DNA from: Takakia lepidozioides
Lineage: Eukaryota; Plantae; Bryophyta
Direction: 5' to 3'
DNA: 64,000 nt
NCBI GenBank assembly: GCA_030704615.1
Contig: CM060734.1
Span: forward strand, 45,198,001-45,262,000
The notes under the pieces were generated by a model that saw nothing but the letters and a program-made list of their open reading frames with translations, was not told where the DNA came from and did not search any database. Of this stretch, positions 63,233 to 64,000 are shown piece by piece; position 1 is the stretch's first letter, and every line of letters begins with the position of its first letter. The translations under genes and the position numbers were made by a program.

Positions 63233-64000
63233 TGGGGCTGTGACGGGCTGTGCGGGGCTGTAACAGGCTGTGCCCAGTGGCCTGTGGGGCTGTGGCGGGC
63301 TGTGCCCTGTGGCCTGTGGGGCTGTGACGGGCTGTAACAGGCTGTGGCGAGCTGTGACGGGCTGTGCGGGGCTGTGACAGGCTGTGCCCAATGGCCTGTG
63401 GGGCTGTGACGGGCTGTGCCCAGTGGCCTGTGGGGCTGTGACGGGCTGTGAGGGGCTGTGACAGGCTGTGCCCATGGCCTTTGGGGCTGTGATGGGCTGT
63501 GAGGGGCTGTGACAGGCCGTGCTTGAGGCCTTTGAGGCTGTGAGGGGCTGTAAGGGGCTGTGACAGGCCGTGCCTGAGGCCTTTGGGTCTGTGACGGGCT
63601 GTGAGGGGCTGTGACAGGCCGTGCCCGAGGCCTTTGGGACTGTGACGGGCTGTGAGGGGCTGTGTCAGGCCGTGCCTAAGGCCTGTGGGGCTGTGACGGG
63701 CTGTGAGGGGCTGTGACAGGCTGTGCCCAGTTGGCTTGTGGGGCTGTGACGGGCTGTGAGGGGCTGTGACAGGCCGTGCCTGAGGCCTTTGGGGCTGTGA
63801 CGGGCTGTGAGGGGCTGTGACAGGCCATGCTTGAGGCCTTTGGGGCTGTGAGGGGCTGTGTCGGGCTGCGCCGGTGGCCTTCAGGGCTGTGAGGGGCTGT
63901 GCCGGGCTGCGCCGGTGGCCTTCGGGGCTGTGACGGTTGTGAGGGCCTGTGCCGGTGGCCTTCGGGGTTGTGACGGGCTGTGAGAGCCTGTGACGGCCTA
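63233..64000. repeat. G-rich minisatellite (GGGGCTGTGA/CGGGCTGTG units, ~50-bp higher-order period), runs off the window
   Basis: Visible directly. Confidence 0.95.

Noticed and set aside
63209-63475. Repetitive peptide ORF (likewise ORFs at 25740-26042)
   Set aside because: Translations of minisatellites.

Overview
Eukaryotic, intron-rich land-plant nuclear DNA. It is most likely from a lineage with flagellated sperm (bryophyte/lycophyte/fern), inferred from a DZIP1/Iguana-like ciliary gene and a PLS-DYW PPR gene. Genes reconstructed by hand from splice signals: the 5' part of gamma-tubulin complex component 5 (- strand, runs off the window start), head-to-head with a long multi-exon DZIP1/Iguana-like gene; a 15-exon NADP-isocitrate dehydrogenase with one GC-AG intron; 5-exon SmF; a decaying PLS-class PPR gene (stops in the putative targeting peptide, frameshifted DYW remnant); a DRM-type DNA methyltransferase pseudogene fragment; and an intact 3-exon P-class PPR-SMR gene. 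Introns and intergenic DNA hold two RTE/RTEX-like non-LTR retrotransposon families, MULE and Tourist MITEs with TSDs, a gypsy integrase relic, a ~1.1 kb fold-back, palindromic repeat arrays and minisatellites. Highlights: (1) a ~3.26 kb inversion that can be reconstructed to the base, splitting one ~4 kb LINE and probably one MULE; (2) both LINE families insert repeatedly into or next to their own copies, down to 26-39 bp 3' stubs with long TSDs; (3) a 3' stem-loop with a compensatory double change in one family; (4) a palindromic repeat/spacer array beside a catalytically dead Ulp1-like ORF. All family assignments come from remembered motifs, not database searches.
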